Shown one piece after another: positions 22,174-32,726 of a DNA stretch of 32,726 nucleotides; position 1 is the stretch's first letter; every line of letters starts with the position of its first letter. Origin of the DNA: Octopus bimaculoides. Taxonomy: Eukaryota. The notes below the pieces were generated by a model, which did no database searches, was not told the origin of the DNA, and worked only from the letters and a program-made list of their open reading frames with translations. The stretch is taken from contig NC_068995.1 in assembly GCF_001194135.2 (NCBI RefSeq), forward strand, positions 18,969,445-19,002,170. The letters run 5' to 3'. Made by a program: the position numbers and the translations under genes.

Positions 22174-23620
22174 CATAAAATAAAAATATGTAACGTTGTA
22201 TAAAATGGTTTTGTTTTCGGTAATAGCTAAATTAGTCAGTTTCTAAAAAGGTTTGGCATATTTCCACTGGCCAAGCCAATCTAATTTAGAGATTCAATGG
22301 AATACACAATGTTCGGTTCATCAGTAATTATAGACCAAATTTCAAATGAATTTATATGAATAGAGATAAACTAGCAATTTATTAAAAGACAAATATAGTT
22401 GCATATATAATTAATGTAGATTAAAGACGATTCTGGATATTTCGAGCTTCTTCTCAATAAATTCAGCTCTGAAAATATTAGATGGTAAAATACACGTCCT
22501 TCTCTAATTTTGCTATGTATAATTGCATTTTTGAAAACATGGCGCATGTTAGTACTGTGTCCGTAATCAGTGCTGTAATTTATAGTCAATTAAACTTTGC
22601 AATGGAAAAACGCTAATTAGTGTCTAGGGGTCTTAAAGTTTAAGGGTTTTATATTCTGGGTGAGGAGGTCATAAGTTAGTTCGTTTTGTTTTATTGTTCA
22701 ACAGTGGTATAATTCTTTCCCATTTATTTACAGTTCTTTCCTTAATTATTTATTCATTCTTAACGATTTATAGATATAAAGGTTGAATATTCGTGCTTTA
22801 TGTCATGCGTGTTTCATAAAGTATGCGCTTATGGATTCAAACATCCTTATATGGGTCTGTCTATCTACGTATTTTAACTATTTGTCACTTCATGGCTTTA
22901 TGTGGTTGAGTGTTTGCACTCGCCTATGTGCGTGTGTATTATTATATAAAAGTGGCACTAAACGATGCTTGAATAAATTGTGATGTAAGAAAAACTTACG
23001 AGTGATCATTATGAACGCACATTTTAAAACTACATATAAGTCTACATATACTACATATAAGTCAAATATTTTTTCTTTGGAACGAGATCAATGTGATTTG
23101 TTTCAGTGTTTTTGACGATTCATCAGTGATGAATTACTAATGTTTAAGGTCACAGTAACAATAGTTGCATATTACTATTTATAATATACGCAGTATTGCT
23201 ATGCAAATTAGTGATGATCACGTTATATCTATCCCACTATATATATACCGAAAATCAAGTGATAAGCTACCGTTCTCACCCACGTCATTTCTAATGAAAC
23301 GAAATGTCTTCTTGCTGTAGCCGCAGAAGACTAAAACCATGGTTTAACTACATCTACTTTACAGAGTGAGGTTAAAAATGTGTGTTAACTATAAACTTAA
23401 ATCGAAAAGCTAACCTTAATTCTCTATCCAAAATAAATTTAGTGCTTTTGCTTGATTAAATTTCATCAATGTTTCTCCTACGTTTCTTCAAATGAAGCAG
23501 CCTGTTACATTTCAATTCTCGTTTGTCTATACTATAATCACCTCACTCAGTATGTTTACCTTCATCTCTGTGTGTCTATGTCTACTTGTCTACGAGTGAC
23601 TATGTATATACATGTATATA

Positions 23621-23670
<50 letters not shown>

Positions 23671-24269
23671 CAAATATACACATAAATACACACACATGTA
23701 CGCACACACATAGAGTGGGTGACTGAGAGAAGATACAGTGAGATACACATATATGCACACAACCATACCACATGTACATTTGTGTGCTCGCATGTGTATT
23801 TATGTACACCTGTGAGTGGGTCTTAGTGCATGCATGTGTGTTGGTACGTAAGAAATCTTGCATGCTGCCATGGTGTAAAAATACAGCTCCATTAATTTTT
23901 GAGAAGTCCCGAAACTGACACAAATTAAGATACAAGATCAATTCTTGTAAACTAGACAACAGTTAAAATGATTTATAAAGTGCAAAGTGTGCCAAATATT
24001 CCCCTGATATGCTAGATGTACAAGCTCTAAGATAATTGTCTCTAGGTTACGAGAAACCCGATGCTTGCCAATGAGTTGTTTTTTTTTAAATAATGCATAG
24101 TAATACTGAAATCTTCAGTGTCTCTTTTATCTTTTAGTTGTATCAGCCATCCGACTGCAAACATGCTGGAGCACCGTCTTGGTGGGAATCAAACACAAAC
24201 ACAAACACAGGGGCAGACACACACATATCAGCCCATGCATACTTGCATATACATAAACACACATTCCTC

Positions 24270-24301
<32 letters not shown>

Positions 24302-24344
24302 TACAAACGCGCACGCATACACACACACACACGCATAAGCACAC

Positions 24345-24470
24345 GTGATGGACTTTCACTTTCTGTGTACTATATCCAATCACAAGCATTTGATCGTCCC
24401 GGGACCGCAGTAGGCGATACTTGCACAAGGTGCCATGCAGCGGGACAGAACCCACCCAGCATGATGCGTA
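24345..24470 (-). mobile_element. Decayed SINE fragment (family B)
   Basis: The reverse complement gggttctgtcccgctgcatggcaccttgtgcaagtatc is B-box-like plus body, and is shared with 3130-3240. Confidence 0.6.
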
Positions 24471-26941
24471 CTTTTATGTACAGTTTTGATAATGCTGTGC
24501 GGAAAATATGTTTAAGTCTGAGAATAGCTTTCCAAATAGTTTGAAGATCTGTGCTATTTTCGATATAATATAAAATGTAATGAGCTACAAACATAGGTCC
24601 GTTAATTTTAATATTGTCTGTAATAAACAGGGTTCAGTTTGATATTTATAACGATTCTCTATGCTAGAGTACAATATGTGTCTAGGATTAAAAATTATTA
24701 ATGATCTAGCTTCACAGTTATTGGGGTAAGATAAAGCATAGGTAGAAGGCCTACTCCATGACCATCTTTAACGCTATCATCTGCCTCGTAGTCGGATTCA
24801 GCAGAATCCTCTCAGTTCCAGTCGTTTGAAGTCGGCTTCCAAATCTGACCATTCCTCACAATTATGGCGGCCCTAAATTGTGTTACACGAGCTATCATTA
24901 TTCCTCTTGTTAGGGATTTAGCAAATCAAATGAAATATTGAAACGCCGTCTTTCTGGTTTATAATGTGATTTAGAAAGATTCACATTTTCCTAAAAATTG
25001 CTTGGAAATCCCTAGGCCATAAGAAATACAATGTGTGACAAAGGTAAAGTATGTAAGCAAATGTTTTCTATACGACATTCTATATATAATAAATGATCCA
25101 GTAAACATGTATGCGAGTTCATTACATGTGAACCATGTAGATATATCTGTTAAGATAGTTTAACTGTACAGCGCGTGTAAATGTGAGTAAATGAGAGGAA
25201 TATTGAGGAATATACAAGTAAAATTATGGTTTACTATGAAAAAGGCATTCAAGTGGATGGAGAAGTTGTACGCGTGGTCGACTTCCATGGCAGTATGGAT
25301 CAATCCCCGATTGTGCTTTGGGCAACACCGGTTCTTCAGCATTGGATGGCATATACAATCATTTGTCGAAATATTTCTTGGATTCTAATGAATTCACTGT
25401 GCTTGAATATTTTGTACTAACTGTTACTGTGTTTCTCTGAACATATGCATTGCGTCTGCGTTTTCCTTATTTCCTTTTCGTCAGAGAATCTTTCTATTTT
25501 TACCTTTAGTGGAGCGTCTTTTATTTTGTTTAGGAACAAACTGGTAAATATTTCTAAAATCTCTCTAAAATGACATCACATTCTTGTGTTAATAATCTTT
25601 GCTTTCTTACTCACATTTTGCATTTCCTTATTGATTTTACATTTTGTTATTTCGTCTTGTGTGACGAAATTTACTTTATATATCCTCTCCAAATAATATT
25701 TTCATGTTTTGTGTCATGATGTCTGTTAACCCTTGATGATAACAGCTCCCAAATTCCTCCTGTGATATTGTCGATAGTGCGATATGATCTATTTACAAGT
25801 TGCAAGTTACAAATGCAACAGGAAATCTCCTGCTATGTGTGGTACAATCTGTGTTGCTATGTAACCCAGGCTATGATATTATTCGCTTCAAATTTTAACA
25901 AAAACCTAACCTAATCTATCGAAAAAAAAACGTATTACACGTAACGATTGCAACACTCAAGCATTATCTCAAAACAACAAATCAGAATTCATTCGTAATG
26001 TTGGTGGTGTTAGCAAAATTCAGTTCTCTTTTCAACCGGAGTTGAAGCTTTTAATACAAGATTATGAGCTGCTATATTTGATATGAGCATCTTCTAATCT
26101 CGATTATATACTAGATATTCATTGGATTTCAAAAGAGCAGATATGAGCCTCTGGTTATTTTATGCGATAGCAAAAGCCGCAATCGTGGTGTATCCAGTAC
26201 CAAGTCTGCATAAACTATAAAAATTTCACAAAAGGGAATTTATGTGTACACATCCAGATATATATGTTTAGAGAGAGAAGTAATTACTGTTGTAATGGAA
26301 TACAAGGGTGCTTGTCGTCCTAATGAAATACAAGATTTGCACATCATTTTTTGTATTGCTTGAATATTATATGTAGTATTGTATAGTAAGACATTTTGAT
26401 AGATATATGTTGACGAATTTATTATGACCAAATATATCTATGAAAAATATTAAGCACACTCTTCCTTGCTGGGATTGTAATGGGGAAAATGTATAAACAT
26501 GACAAAAACTCGCCTCATTTATTTATTTATATATAATTAATTATAACTGACTTAATTACATATAAAAGTGTGAAATAATCTCAAATTATAAACATTATTC
26601 GATGTCAGCAAGAATTGAGCGGAAGTTATTTCTTTTTGAACTGCAGTGTTGTTGGATTCTAGAACAATGCTCAACGGGGCGAAACGATAAGGATGATGGA
26701 CTTTTCAAGGTAGAATGTTTTCCCTATAGGTTTGTAGATAGTCTCACTTAGTAGCAATAGAGTTTTGCTATGAAACTGTGCACAGACTGGAAGACCGTGA
26801 TAAATATCATCGCGAAAGTCTTAGATGTTTAAACTTTTTCCAATATATCTAAGATAGTATATCAATATATATACATATATGTACGTAAGTGTGTATATAT
26901 GTGTATATCTATATATATGTAAATATATATATATATATATA

Positions 26942-27694
26942 NNNNNNNNNNNNNNNNNNNNNNNNNNNNNNNNNNNNNNNNNNNNNNNNNNNNNNNNNNN
27001 NNNNNNNNNNNNNNNNNNNNNNNNNNNNNNNNNNNNNNNNNNNNNNNNNNNNNNNNNNNNNNNNNNNNNNNNNNNNNNNNNNNNNNNNNNNNNNNNNNNN
27101 NNNNNNNNNNNNNNNNNNNNNNNNNNNNNNNNNNNNNNNNNNNNNNNNNNNNNNNNNNNNNNNNNNNNNNNNNNNNNNNNNNNNNNNNNNNNNNNNNNNN
27201 NNNNNNNNNNNNNNNNNNNNNNNNNNNNNNNNNNNNNNNNNNNNNNNNNNNNNNNNNNNNNNNNNNNNNNNNNNNNNNNNNNNNNNNNNNNNNNNNNNNN
27301 NNNNNNNNNNNNNNNNNNNNNNNNNNNNNNNNNNNNNNNNNNNNNNNNNNNNNNNNNNNNNNNNNNNNNNNNNNNNNNNNNNNNNNNNNNNNNNNNNNNN
27401 NNNNNNNNNNNNNNNNNNNNNNNNNNNNNNNNNNNNNNNNNNNNNNNNNNNNNNNNNNNNNNNNNNNNNNNNNNNNNNNNNNNNNNNNNNNNNNNNNNNN
27501 NNNNNNNNNNNNNNNNNNNNNNNNNNNNNNNNNNNNNNNNNNNNNNNNNNNNNNNNNNNNNNNNNNNNNNNNNNNNNNNNNNNNNNNNNNNNNNNNNNNN
27601 NNNNNNNNNNNNNNNNNNNNNNNNNNNNNNNNNNNNNNNNNNNNNNNNNNNNNNNNNNNNNNNNNNNNNNNNNNNNNNNNNNNNNNNNNNNNNN
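26942..27694. other. Assembly gap flanked by (TA)n, (GT)n and (TACA)n
   Basis: N run. Confidence 0.99.
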
Positions 27695-28060
27695 GTGTGT
27701 GTGTGTGTGTGTGTGTGTATGTATATAGAGAGCTAGCTAGATACAAAGATACATACATACATACATACACACATACATACGTACGTACATACATACATAC
27801 ATACATACATACATACATACGTACATACATACATACATACACACATAAAGAGTAAGTGAATGAGATATGACTGCCAGAATGTTCCCATCAAAATTATGGT
27901 TTTCCATCGTGTAACTTATGACTTGCTATTTGTGTTTAGCAGCTCTTGTGCGGGAGAAATAACGCGACTAGTGACACAACATTATAATATGTAAAAGGAA
28001 ATACAGACTCACACGTTTACACTCAATCACATAAACATTTTTTGTGTATCTGTGTCTTCA

Positions 28061-28311
28061 GTGGCGGCGCGTGGTTTAGTGGTTAAGTTAGTGGACACAT
28101 GATTTCGAGCTTGTGGTTTTTGTTTCCTGGACCCGGTGACGCGTTGTGTTCCCGAGCAAAGCACTTGATTTCTCGTTGCTCCAGCGCACTCTGCTGGCAA
28201 CAATGCGTAACTCTACAACAGACCTGTGTCCCGTCCTCGTGGGGGAATTAATACGCCATGAAACTGGAAAACCGGCCCTTATGGCTTGGGATAACTCGAG
28301 AAGGTAACTTT
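28061..28311 (+). mobile_element. tRNA-derived SINE (third family) with a central domain
   Basis: A-box-like tggtttagtgg at 28072-28082 and a degenerate B-box at about 28115-28127. These are followed by gttgtgttcccgagcaaagcactt, which resembles the conserved central domains of ancient metazoan SINEs. The superfamily is not assigned. Confidence 0.65.
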
Positions 28312-28504
28312 AATCTATTTATCTTTGCGTTAGTTAATGCGCTCCAATAAATAGCCTGGTATTGTGGAAGTTTGTAAACACAGTATGTATGCGTGTCGGT
28401 GCGTGTACGTACGAGCGTTGATTTTGTTCTTGTTGTGTGTGATATTGTCGTCTCTATTTTTAAACGTTATTGTTAACGTTAATATTGATTTCTTTGCTAT
28501 TATT

Positions 28505-29190
28505 ATCATTATATCTATGCCTGTAGGAGGATTTTTAGAAGCCTTCTTGATCTTGGTCACCATCTCAGCTTTGGCATTGTAAGCATTGCGTTTGGTATGT
28601 TTCTCAATCGAGCCCCTCGCACAGAAGTCCATGGAATACAATCCGGCGAATTATGTGTCCAGAAATTGGGGCTGGTGACATCGTAGAAAGTCTTCGATAA
28701 AATTCTATGACTCTTCCCGTGGTTATGGCAAAGTAATGAACTACGCTGCAACACATCTATCTTTCTAGCAGCAACCTTTTCCCGCCAGGGCTTGACCACC
28801 ATAATCCCCAGCAACTTCACAATCATCTGAATTGAGCCTTAGGTCTTCATTAATTATGCGCATTTAAACACCGGTATTTGGACGCTGTCAGAACGGCTGC
28901 TGGCTACGGCTTCGTTACCCTTGACCATGTCACGTCTTCCAGCCTTTAGAGTGTTCACAGAAAATTGAGCAGCAGTCACGATATTGGAACTTTAATATGC
29001 AGTGCGTATCATGTATAGGTCACTTTCTCCAATATTCAGATAGTTTGCATTTCTCCGTGTCACCTCATTTTTTCTGAAAATACAGCTTTAATCTTTATGA
29101 ACCTCAACGCCGTTGATTGTTCATCACTACATCAAGCAGTTCCTGAATAAACGACAAAAATAATTCATCATATATAGCTCGAACACCCTG
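28505..29190 (-). mobile_element. Decayed Tc1/mariner transposon with DD37D (maT-type) spacing, internally deleted
   Basis: The minus strand gives VVKPWREKVAARKIDVLQRSSLLCH...DVTSPNFWTHNSPDC, then a frameshift, then MDFCARGSIEKHTKRNAYNAKAEMVTKIK. There are 37 residues between the second and third catalytic positions by my alignment. A terminal CAGGGTG-type motif (caccctg on +) ends at 29190. Confidence 0.85.
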
Positions 29191-29808
29191 CAAATATTAA
29201 ATGTTTGGAACGTTATTTATGTACATGTGTATATATACATGTACGAATATACGCACACATGTGAGTATATACGAGTGTGATAGTGTGTATATTTTCTAGT
29301 TAACCAATTATACAACAATGTGTTAATATCTACAATAAGAGTTTATTATTTTATTTTTCTAATTTTACTCACATCAGTCCATTCTATTTTTACCAAATTT
29401 GACTAAATCATTTCTAATAACATTTATTTACAGGTATTCAACGCTAACCATTATATATGAAGTTTTTCTTCAATTAACGCATTCACGAAATCCATTTATT
29501 TCTCATCCTAATCCTATTGAACTACCTTCCAAGCAGACAAGTTATTTAAGTTATTTCGCTGACAATATATTAAAATTATAAAATCTTTGCCATTTTCTTG
29601 AAGTGCGTGTCCTTGGGCACATTACGAGAATATTTTGTAAAATATGTACCCATCACTTATCTCATTTTTCACTTTTATAACTTTCATTCTTTTCGACTTG
29701 TTCGCATCAACTCAATAGGGTGAATTGTATTTACACGTGACATATTTACAAAACTCTAGTTTTGTAATTTTAATGTAATATGCAGTATCTATTGTTTTAG
29801 CAAACGCA

Positions 29809-29810
<2 letters not shown>

Positions 29811-29893
<83 letters not shown>
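29811..29893. repeat. (CA)n microsatellite
   Basis: Perfect tandem. Confidence 0.98.
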
Positions 29894-29895
<2 letters not shown>

Positions 29896-30517
29896 GCACG
29901 CATCATGTATATGATTTGAAATCTGAAAATTCGCTAAACTTAGAATAAAATATATCGATTTGATGACACTATAAATATAAAATATATACAAATATATGCG
30001 CGGTTTTTTTGTATATATCTCTGTACGCGAGAATATTTCTCTGTATTTTAGTGTGCGTTTCTGTTTTCAATATGTATGTGTATGTTTATGAGTGTGTGTG
30101 CTTATACATGAACGTTGAAATTGAATTCTTCGTCTAAGTGAGTTATAAACATATATAATTCAAAACCAGGCACTGCCCCTCAGAAAACCTGATTTTCTTC
30201 TGTTATTTATTTCTCACACGTAGTTGAAATTCATTTGTGAGAAGTGACACGTACATTTGCAGGTGTCTATGACCTATAGAATGTAAATAAACAAAGAGAG
30301 CCTTGCAGGCCCGGGGATTAGTATTCTTGCGTAGCGCTTTCTTTGATTAGATAAACATTTCCATTGTCTTCTGAAAACTTGACGCTCTCCAACAACAGAC
30401 ATGCCAATCAGGAAATTATGATTTCTTCCACTCAGTGCCTGACTTCTCTAAAATTATTCCCACTCTATATTTGCACAAGAAATTATATTGCATAACGAGA
30501 ATAACAATAATAACAAC

Positions 30518-30555
<38 letters not shown>

Positions 30556-30734
30556 GGATGATGATGATGACAATGATGATGATGATGATGATGGTAGCGG
30601 TGTTGTTGGTGGTGTGGTTGTGGTAGTGCTGGTAATAATAATGATGATGATGATAAAAATAATAATAATAATAATATTGATTGACGATGATTACGACGAC
30701 GACGACGACGCCGACGCCGATGGTGATGATGATG

Positions 30735-30783
<49 letters not shown>
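30518..30783. repeat. Compound (GAT)n / (GAC)n / (AAT)n microsatellite
   Basis: Direct tandems. They explain the poly-D, poly-M and poly-N ORFs. Confidence 0.95.
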
Positions 30784-30786
<3 letters not shown>

Positions 30787-30799
30787 TAACGGTTGAAAA

Positions 30800-30909
30800 C
30801 TTGGGATAAGGAATGTGTCGATCACATCAACCCTAGTATTCAAATGGCACTTAATTTATCGACCCCGAAAGCATGAAAGGCAAAGTAGTCCTCGGCAGAA
30901 TTTGAACTC
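30800..30909 (-). mobile_element. SINE family A, 5'-truncated at the B-box, reverse orientation
   Basis: ggcacttaatttatcgaccccgaaagcatgaaaggcaaagtagtcctcggcagaatttgaactc is the reverse complement of the family A core. Confidence 0.85.
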
Positions 30910-30911
30910 TT

Positions 30912-30971
30912 TAATAATAATTACAATAACAATAATAATAATGATAATAATGATAATAATAATGGTAATAA

Positions 30972-31025
<54 letters not shown>

Positions 31026-31067
31026 TAATAATAATAATAACAACAACAACAACAACAATAATAATAA
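30912..31067. repeat. Imperfect (AAT)n / (AAC)n tract
   Basis: Direct tandem. Confidence 0.95.
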
Positions 31068-31069
31068 TT

Positions 31070-31319
31070 ATAAATGCCCTAATGGAGTAAGATAGTGGCT
31101 TTCATGGCTTCTCATCTTAACTGATTGGAAGTGCTATCATGTACATTGTTTTGTCTTGGTATAAAAAGCTGGGCTACAGCGAATATTCTACTCAATATCA
31201 CAGATTTGTTTGTCAGCTGTTTGACCTTAACCAATTGAACATGTCCCTTAGTGGCTGACGATATGTGAATCTCGGATCACGAGCAGAAGTAGTGGAGGAG
31301 TATCATAGCCATGGGTTGA
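31070..31319. mobile_element. Partial copy of the (AAT)n-embedded non-coding element (element X)
   Basis: Direct repeat of 31608-about 31856, for example gtggctttcatggcttctcatcttaact and ttttgtcttggtataaaa. Orientation is not determined. Confidence 0.8.
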
Positions 31320-31525
31320 CAAATACGTAACAAAAACATCAGGACTTACAAATATATATAACATACAGAAAATTGCACTACTGGGCACGGCATACATCCT
31401 ACGCAAAACACTTTCAATACAGTAACCATAAAAGCATCACAGCAAACCACAGCACATACCCAAGGCACACAGAGCTGCGCTCGGTAGTGAAGTGAAAGCA
31501 CGTTATAAAAATAAAACTACTGAAC
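31320..31525 (+). mobile_element. 3' end of an R4/Dong-like non-LTR retrotransposon
   Basis: 31321-31425 encodes KYVTKTSGLTNIYNIQKIALLGTAYILRKTLSIQ*. The QKxALLGTAxILRK motif is typical of R4-clade C-termini. A 3' UTR follows and runs straight into (AAT)n. Confidence 0.75.

Positions 31526-31606
<81 letters not shown>
31526..31606. repeat. Perfect (AAT)n tract
   Basis: Direct tandem. Confidence 0.98.
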
Positions 31607-31607
<1 letters not shown>

Positions 31608-31608
<1 letters not shown>

Positions 31609-32165
31609 TAAATACCCTGATGCAGTAGCAGGCAGTGGCTTTCATGGCTTCTCATCTTAACTCATTGGAAGTGTTATCATGTACATGTTTTGTCTTGGTA
31701 TAAAAGATGGGCAACAACAAATATTCTACTCAATATCACAGATTTGATTGTCATTTGTTTGACTTTAACCAGTTGATCATGTCCCTTATTGGTTGACGAT
31801 ATGTGCATCTCTGATGACAAGCAGAAGTAGCGGTGGAGAATTATAGCTATGAGTTAAGAAGAATTCTTTGGGGTTTGAATAATTCCTCCTAGAAACATCG
31901 GTATTTCATTCAGCATCCTTAAACAACCCTTATTCAGGGACCTTATGTACGGGAAGGGCTACTCGACCTGAAGACAATTCTAATAGGCCCCAACCTGCAA
32001 GGTCATATGCTGTTAATCTTGATATGAGATCACCATGTCACGCACGTATGGTTGTGATGCAGGAGCCTGGCGTACACTTGTCAGACGGATAGTCATGGTG
32101 GGTATAATGGGCTTCGTATATTTTACCCCAGTGCCACTTTGATGGCATGCACTGCTCTCTCACAC
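31608..32165. mobile_element. About 560-bp non-coding element bounded by (AAT)n at both ends (element X)
   Basis: Starts ataaataccctgatgcag right after (AAT)n and ends ctctctcacac followed by aataataat. It shares its first ~250 nt with 31070-31319. Confidence 0.7.
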
Positions 32166-32194
32166 AATAATAATAATTCCAATGATGGTGATTG

Positions 32195-32211
32195 TGATGA
32201 TGATGATGATG

Positions 32212-32254
<43 letters not shown>
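32195..32254. repeat. (GAT)n microsatellite
   Basis: Direct tandem. Confidence 0.95.
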
Positions 32255-32256
<2 letters not shown>

Positions 32257-32379
32257 CGACGTCAAGGATAACGACGACAAGGATAACGATGATGACAATG
32301 ATGTTGATAATAATATTAAAACGGATGTGAGCTATGGTTCGTTTTCGTGTTGTTCTTTTCACTGTATTGAAAAGAGTTC

Positions 32380-32506
32380 TACATAGGCACAGCAAACATC
32401 CTACTGAAGCACTTTCAACAGAGTGAAAATGACAACACTTAAACAAACCACAGCACATACCCAAGGCACACAAATGAAATCACGTGATAAGCTTAAAACT
32501 GCTGAG
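32380..32506 (+). mobile_element. Second, more decayed R4/Dong-like 3' end
   Basis: Has an exact 29-nt match (caaaccacagcacatacccaaggcacaca; 32444-32472 versus 31443-31471), a GTANIL remnant and an aaaactgctgagtaataat terminus. Confidence 0.75.
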
Positions 32507-32693
32507 TAATAATAACAATAATTTCTGGGCTAATTTGCGCATTTGCACACGTTGCACATTCATTAGTATGAATCATTGAAATTTGGCATATAAATCAACG
32601 AAGAGACGAAGACAACTTATATAAAAAAATGAGCGGAGGTAAAAAAGAAATATTATGCAATACTGTACGGCCAAATTTCAAGATCAGAGTAAA

Positions 32694-32696
<3 letters not shown>

Positions 32697-32726
<30 letters not shown>
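32697..32726. repeat. (TA)n microsatellite at the window end
   Basis: Direct tandem. Confidence 0.95.

Noticed and set aside
23095-23130. ctgatga...gaaac on the minus strand
   Set aside because: No stem II or stem I complementarity.
25191-25420. Overlapping short ORFs, possibly a transposase remnant
   Set aside because: Only a vague piggyBac-like impression. No catalytic motif, TIR or splice sites support it.
28061-28135. tRNA gene
   Set aside because: The A and B boxes are degenerate, no cloverleaf forms, and the sequence continues into a SINE body.
30735-32254. Repeat-spacer-like alternation suggesting a CRISPR array
   Set aside because: The repeats are variable-length trinucleotide tracts and the spacers are mobile-element pieces of hundreds of bp. 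There are no cas genes and the context is eukaryotic.
5750-32473. Most ORFs in the supplied track (poly-YI, CV, HT, D, M, N, R and X-containing)
   Set aside because: They are translations of microsatellites, purine tracts or N gaps.

Overview
This is AT-rich, microsatellite-dense eukaryotic DNA with four assembly gaps (N runs at 8284-8495, 11387-11712, 18046-18274, 26942-27694). The repeat landscape looks like an octopus (coleoid cephalopod) draft genome. That is my inference from recognising the SINE-like repeats, not a database result. There is no complete gene, rRNA, tRNA or CRISPR array, and most ORFs in the supplied track are microsatellite or gap artefacts. Supportable content: (1) about a dozen SINE copies, five of them in an inverted cluster at 15.3-16.8 kb; (2) three decayed Tc1/mariner transposons, one with DD37D (maT-type) spacing; (3) a nest of elements sitting in (AAT)n tracts at 31-32.5 kb, including R4/Dong-like 3' ends; (4) one plausible internal coding exon at 21443-21729 (+) that the ORF track missed; (5) a minimal type I hammerhead ribozyme motif with a compensatory U3:A8 core at 18395-18430 (-), about 160 nt from a roughly 700-bp fold-back palindrome centred at 18965/18966. 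The hammerhead next to the long hairpin is the most interesting signal. I see no convincing evidence of a new multi-gene system.
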